From the NCBI GenBank assembly GCA_001784175.1, contig MFPR01000014.1:55797-75796 (forward strand): a DNA stretch of 20,000 bases. The letters run 5' to 3'. This DNA comes from Candidatus Lindowbacteria bacterium RIFCSPLOWO2_12_FULL_62_27. Lineage in GTDB: Bacteria > Lindowbacteria > 2-12-FULL-62-27. Every line of letters begins with the position of its first letter. Position 1 is the first letter of the stretch. Position numbers and translations under genes: made by a program. The notes under the pieces are model-generated. The model was not told the origin of the DNA. It worked only from the letters and a program-made list of their open reading frames with translations, and made no database searches. Shown piece after piece: positions 18,301 to 20,000 of this stretch.

Positions 18301-20000
18301 TATTCTGAACCAATGTATTGTTCGAACTTGCATTTAGATATACCCCGGAGAGTGAATTCGACTTGAGAGTGTTGTTCCTGATTGTGTTATTATTCGATCC
18401 CGAATATAAGAATATCCCGTTGTTGGAATTGAAAAATGTTGTATTCCCCGTCACTGTGTTATTCGAACTGGATTCCAGACGAATCCCATCAATATTCGAA
18501 TTGGCCGTGTTTCCGCTTATGTTGTTAGTGCTGGATATCAGGTGGATGCCGTAATTTGTATTCGAATTGGCCGTGTTGTTGCTGACAGTATTGTTATTAC
18601 TTCCGGAAAAATAGATGCCACGCGTATTCGTATCACACATATTGTTGCTCAATATGTTGCCGGAATTTGAATTCAGATAAATGCCGAGGTTTGCGTTTGA
18701 ACTGACTAAGTTGTTGCTGACCGTGTTGTTGTTGGAACTGGAAGATAGAGTAATTCCATCGGAATTGAGCTTGCAGATATTGTTGCTAATTGTGTTACTC
18801 GAACTCGATCTAATCTCAATACCGGAACCATTCTCATTGACCATGTTGTTGCTGACCGTGTTTGTATCCGAACCATTAATGAGATAAATGCCTTGGTCGT
18901 AACATACACTGATGCTGTCGCCGATGATTGTCGACAAATCCACATTGACCCACTTGATACCCTCGCGGGCGCCCGTGACACCGATGTTCTTAATCAAGAG
19001 CCCGGTTTGCGTGTCCGCATAAATTCCATAAAGACCAGCAGTCGAATATGATCCGGGCGGGTCGATCACCGTCGCGTTTGAATCCTTCCCGATGATCGAG
19101 ATGTAGTCCGAGTCAATGACGACGGCTTCGGTATACAGCCCGGCGTCGATATAGATCGTGTCCCCGGATTTGGCCACCGACAGGGCCTTCGATATGGTTC
19201 GAAACGGTTTTGTTGATTCACCGGTCTGCGTGTCATAACCGTGGACATACGTATAGGAATCGCCCGCCACCGAAAGGTCGTTGACATACCACTTCGGGCC
19301 GCTGTACGAAACAGTAACCACAAACGTTTCCTCCGGCGCCCACGCCGACCGCATCATGCCGCCATCGACGGCCTGCACGGACCAGTAGTATGTTCCGGCA
19401 GGCAGGGACCGGATCAGATACGCAAACGTGTCGTTCTGGACGTTTCCAAGTATCGTATTGCCGACCGAATCCGCGGAATTTGTGTCGGCGGCGACGATGT
19501 CAGCCCTGCCCGGCGCGGAGCCGACGCGTAGGTTGTAGGTCATGGCGGTGTCAGGCGTCGTGTCAGTAGAGACTTTCGTCCACCGGAACGTCACTGTGTC
19601 GCCCTGCGTGAACGACATGCCTTTGGGCAAATTGATCTGTGACGCATCCGGGCGGGCGTTTGCCGGGGCGATAGCGTCGTTCCGGTAGATGATCAATCGT
19701 CTGTTGTTGCCGGTATCTCCGGACACGGCAAGGTCGAGGTCGCCATCGTTGTCGTAATCAGCCCACTGGATGGAACCCAACCACACCCCCGCGTTGACGC
19801 CCATCGGCTCGGCCACGTTCGCAAAACTTCCGCCGCTGTTGTTCCGATAGATGATCAATCGAAAGTTTGCGCCGTTATGTCCCGACACGGCAAGGTCGAG
19901 GTCGCCGTCGTTGTCGTAATCGCCCCACTGGATCGAACTATTATACACACCCGCGTTGATGCCCATCGGCTCGGCCACGTTCGTGAAACTTCCGCCGCCG
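6377..20000 (-). CDS. Giant multidomain surface protein / adhesin (>4,540 aa, 5'-truncated by the window): FG-GAP propellers, NosD/pectin-lyase-like beta-helices, FN3/Ig repeats, FlgD-Ig/T9SS-like CTD
   Basis: The frame is open to the window edge (GGGSFTNV precedes the called GTG at 19978). It has 16 W(G/A)DYDxDGDxD repeats, four Asn/Ser-rich GIxL..S..N.I..N beta-helix blocks, seven tandem (Y/F)WR(V/I) FN3-like repeats, and a C-terminal YPNP...IYDVGGRLVR...WD...GSGVYIY motif. Confidence 0.93.
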   Translation of the reverse strand, partial: GGGSFTNVAEPMGINAGVYNSSIQWGDYDNDGDLDLAVSGHNGANFRLIIYRNNSGGSFANVAEPMGVNAGVWLGSIQWADYDNDGDLDLAVSGDTGNNRRLIIYRNDAIAPANARPDASQINLPKGMSFTQGDTVTFRWTKVSTDTTPDTAMTYNLRVGSAPGRADIVAADTNSADSVGNTILGNVQNDTFAYLIRSLPAGTYYWSVQAVDGGMMRSAWAPEETFVVTVSYSGPKWYVNDLSVAGDSYTYVHGYDTQTGESTKPFRTISKALSVAKSGDTIYIDAGLYTEAVVIDSDYISIIGKDSNATVIDPPGSYSTAGLYGIYADTQTGLLIKNIGVTGAREGIKWVNVDLSTIIGDSISVCYDQGIYLINGSDTNTVSNNMVNENGSGIEIRSSSSNTISNNICKLNSDGITLSSSSNNNTVSNNLVSSNANLGIYLNSNSGNILSNNMCDTNTRGIYFSGSNNNTVSNNTANSNTNYGIHLISSTNNISGNTANSNIDGIRLESSSNNTVTGNTTFFNSNNGIFLYSGSNNNTIRNNTLKSNSLSGVYLNASSNNTLVQNTLDSNVKYQIYLDGASSSDTIQKNNINTSQTNPDSGVYNASTAAANKFTFTRNWWNTTDEIKIKKMVSGAPTGADSIVFIPYRLGTVDTTQGADTTAPAPPVLTVTATSDGSIQLTWAGPSTTEETNGGVVGYTGAKIYRLKNLPDTSNWANTVNLVHVATASESSWIDTTVTTGNNYYYRITSFDSASITNQSFFNSDTKTAYAQKTMWFVNDTYVSGSDSYTYASGSDTSGTGTKNSPYRTAAKALSFAQAGDTILIDRGHYPESFTIGIDSIWIIGVDSSPTGTIIDAGDSSSGSNLKVIYAANRSAIRISNLLIQRGFYGIRLDNVSRSSIENITTRNCGFGIYAYYSSADTIEKCVSTGNEQIGIDLDHCTYVLVQNSQSTSNSQDGMRLSYSDNNTVLGSTFTSNGTYGIYLDYLNSNNVFHGNSVIGNPEGIALGSSDNNFFSNNVSFNNSHGVLLNASNKNVFVQNTLDSNRLWQFKIVGASHSDTVQKNIIRTTPENPDSGVYVASTVTGNRFSFIRNWWGTTDEVSIKRKIYQESNGDSVFFIPYRLGIVDTVAGVDTTAPAPPANVTLDASAAGQIKVSWTIPTINEETNGGAVAYSGAKIYRLTNLADTTNWANGANLVYTATSTETTWNDNAVTGGNTYYYRLTSYDAGSPVNQSFFSDTTQAAASASSSVWTLVAQPYGAGTGFFSASIQWGDYDNDGDLDLVTSGTSGSGARLIIYRNVAGTFTNAAEPMGANAGVHQSSVQWGDYDKDGDLDLAVAGDGVGSGLRLTIFRNDGSGTFTNVWEGGGLIYASIQWGDYDNDGDLDLAVSGTILPINSTSPRLIIYRNDGGGTFTSAIEPMGVNVGVYKGSIQWGDYDNDGDIDLAVSGLDNSTSYRLTVYRNDGGETFINVAEPLGGSTSGLQLSSIQWGDYDNDGDLDLAVSGFAQPGGASTIIYRNDGGNTFTNVASLTGVQRSSIAWGDYDNDGDLDLLVSGYGPSSSRLIVFRNNGSDNFTNVAEPMGVNAGVDGSNGNSSVQWGDYDNDGDLDFAAAGYNSATSQYRLVVYRNDLTGPSNVRPPAPTLVSPKGTTFSQIDTVTLAWTSALGDATPVASQTYNIRVGTTVLSTNIAAADTNSSDSIGNTILGNVQNGTTASLKNLPHGQYFWSAQAVDGGMQRSVWPAPEMFIVLSSYSGPKWFVNDQYTAADSYTYSAGSDTLGNGSSTFPYRSIAKALSKAKSGDTIYVDAGLYSETVVIDTDYISLIGKDSGATVIDPPGDSSVSGLYGIYADTQVGLTVKNIGVTGALIGIHFLNVDLSAIVSDSVSSTNNGIYLLNGCDSNTLTNNIGSFNTNGTMANSSGIHLYGSSNLVSGNTTKSNGTNGIFVSGWNNTVSGNTSASNGNWGIGLYYGQGCTVTVNTVSGPTSDGIILQAGSNNVVQGNAISSTYRGIYIVSGSSSNLIQNNSSTGNSVGINLISSCTANTIINNTASSNSQYGIAAESSSGGNRIIGDTILTNSLYGVYISGSSNDNLVSNCRIASNTRAGAFIYNADTNTIAQNDVAGGDSGVWLYGTTRNNTIAKNNFYNNTIAAIGNSSGLVQNIARNWYGSTDESVIAARVRDTASSFLPYRFGPVDTALGVDTVAPKAPDTVVATAPQSSGQVNVSWSSVSANEEGVTGVPAVYQYQVYRAPMVDTSSWIRIGTSSGQTYTDTTATLGMAHHYRITTRDSATIPNESFYSDSIVSAKPSGFTLDTEMGVRAGSGVYDGSIQWGDYDRDGDLDLVISGQDGLYRRLIVFRNNGVGSFTNAAEPLIPGGGVDRSSIQWGDYDNDGDIDLAISGFDDNSTRRLVIYRNSGGGSFTSAVEPTSPGMGGVDKGSIQWGDYDNDGDLDLAVSGFDGVVRRLVLYRNNGDTTFTKVAEPMGAGSGLDESSIQWGDYDGDGDLDLAVSGYDGASYRFIIYRNNGGDSFAKVAEPMGASVGVYDGSIQWGDYDNDGDLDIAVSGRSITSGERFIIFRNSGGDNFINVLEPLGVNVGLAYSSIQWGDYDNDGDLDLAASGSRRVIIYRNNGIDSFTNVAEPMGVNQGVDYSSIQWGDYDNDGDLDLAVSGQSSTGTYRLILFRNDANGSMNIRPSMPTLLSPKGVSFLQGDTMVLTWSKVTTDSTSANAMTYNLRVGSAPGKADIVAADTNSSDSIGNTILGNVQNDTFAYLIRSLPAGAYYWSVQAVDGGMMRSVWAPEETFAITTPAPYAGPKWYVNDSYVVEDSYTYAFGSDTGGEGSPSKPYRSVAKALQKAKSGDTIFVDAGIYSETIVIDTNRISIIGVDSASTILEGGDSSLGRKGIFADTQSGLLVKNLGIRNYHAGIEWVNVDSSTLENVTVRLSRDLGITLTNNSDSNSIINCLVVDNSNSGIFLNAYSNMNTLIGNTCSNNLAYGFLLQNANSNILKNNKSVGNSAAGFILNISCASNILMDNYSAGNAQYGFFLNGASNNNKLDNNRAHQNAYFGVWLSTSSSNVLSNNSSTSNFSHGYYLSSAETNVFVQNASDSNGGYQFYLDGTSTANTIVKNNITPASVNRDSGVFNGTNQTVNFSRNWWSTTDELAIANRLKNAAGGSVTYVPYRLGPADTSAGADTTAPAPPATVILDTVTAGQIQITWTIPTVNEETNGGSVGHAGVNIYRLTNVADTNNWANPANLVWTAGASDTSWIDTAVAAGNTYFYRLTSFDAATRMNQSFFTDTKGTKVSTVVSVTAISPASGYETNSIWLRFEWSSPTAETYTWQLSRTSSFSTSADSVVDTKVTALVRNLPYEDTFYWRVIAKDTYGAVDTTAARSVMLDASVGQVSILSPADGYETSNTKLLVSWVALADSVSIDSFIVEVSKSTLFTALIFTDTVSGLRTSDTLSNLYNDTYFWRVRAIDRLGNIGANSQARGFVVDTSAGQVLLDRPADAHETTNVKPVVSWFSLADSVGINFYVVEVSKTTAFSTLVFVDTVASNRTTDTLTGLYNDTYFWRVRGIDKLGNTLDSPPSRRLVVDTDAAAVSSLLLADGHETTNVRPVVSWGAVIDGVGIDSYVIEVSLTPSFSSLVFADTIVGTRTSDTLILSANDTYYWRIRSIDKLGNLSSYSSPRGLVIDTFVVQVTLVSPANGVAIVDTKPALTWQSVSDSVGIDSFVVEVSRTSAFMSFVFVDTVRGSLTTDTVPALTEEDTYYWRVRAVDHLKNIGLNSTTFAFRFDTGVKIILASPGNGLETTSAILTFSWSTDDAETYTWQMSNAASFSVLTDSVVDTSAASIVRRISSEDTFYWRVIGRDRVGKVDTAVRVFLLDTHADRVELASPADQQETTTSRPVLSWKNLADSVGIDSYVLELSSSPTFSSLLFADTVSASRTSDTVANLSDGTYYWRVRAIDRLRNVGLNSTSRRFRVAVPGLPTKIILLNNHQLGTHSTILPSPLCVVLKDDTGNPVPGQAVTFSIAVPAGGAGASLALSTVITDNSGMACDTLTLGARRGPYHVAVTVASNSALKDAFVAYADGLEISKSVFKMIAPNKSLTVADVQNAIKAKFPLSNIGEWNQDAGTAAGERDYVTPSALVRGRGYWIFDPQNASGTIDFQGTAGYDTITVALKTGWHQVGSGQYFYVSWDSDVRFDTGDKKLTPAKAEAAGLIQNAVYWWNGSSDYTWGPDINRPSLSAIHLKPTVGFFMYAKKACNMTIYPNPSVPPETAAEVLNQAPKLLSAVYQQDAASDQNWTIQLTAAAGGMQDFQNYIGVVSKAEEATAAERYEPPPVASNFVSLGVVAENGNRLAAAYAEPVTTARSWSLGVSSDLKDNILLNWNNLESVPEKYGAYLVGLPQGPVNLRKSSSAVLAAGSSLKLTVAVGLPEYLGAFLSPNLDKSQTFVYPNPGPDGTTGSMTFKYNLQVAGDVTLKIYDVGGRLVREFKHQGNPGSNLVIWDTTNRFGQKVGSGVYIYILETPGTKLVDKLAVAR
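19722..20000. repeat. Near-identical intragenic DNA repeats (162-bp period) encoding FG-GAP blades
   Basis: CCCGCGTTGA(C/T)GCCCATCGGCTCGGCCACGTTCG at about 19788 and 19950. GACACGGCAAGGTCGAGGTCGCC(A/G)TCGTTGTCGTAATC at about 19722 and 19884. Confidence 0.85.

Noticed and set aside
6515-19531. Antisense and alternate-frame ORFs within the giant gene (e.g. 7448-8218, 16232-16870)
   Set aside because: These are expected by-products of codon bias on the opposite strand and have no protein-like features.
11950-20000. Diversity-generating retroelement TR/VR pair or CRISPR-like repeats in the giant gene
   Set aside because: The repeats are in-frame protein repeats, the differences are mostly synonymous rather than adenine-specific, and no reverse transcriptase is present.
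2785-20000. Calling the whole right part a genomic island
   Set aside because: No integrase or mobility gene and no direct-orientation att partner is visible in the window, so this cannot be supported here.

Overview
Bacterial genomic window. Almost all coding is on the minus strand. From right to left: (1) the C-terminal >4,500 aa of a giant modular surface protein that runs off the window edge, with FG-GAP/integrin-like propellers, right-handed beta-helices, FN3/Ig repeats and a FlgD-Ig/T9SS-like C-terminal domain; (2) three genes overlapping it in series: an AlgE-like outer-membrane beta-barrel, a small exported hypothetical protein and an exported FecR-domain protein; (3) a ~600-bp non-coding region with an intact tRNA-Leu(CAA) on +, a divergent D-arm-less tRNA-Leu(CAA)-like copy on - with its own sigma70-like promoter, and GGA-loop hairpins matching the CsrA/RsmA site consensus; (4) a YfhO-family membrane glycosyltransferase; (5) the 5' end of yggS, which the ORF track misses. 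The two most unusual elements are the tRNA / tRNA-like / GGA-hairpin region (2640-3212) and the four-gene giant-adhesin/barrel operon with very dense D-S/T motifs. All family calls come from motif recognition by eye, not from database searches.
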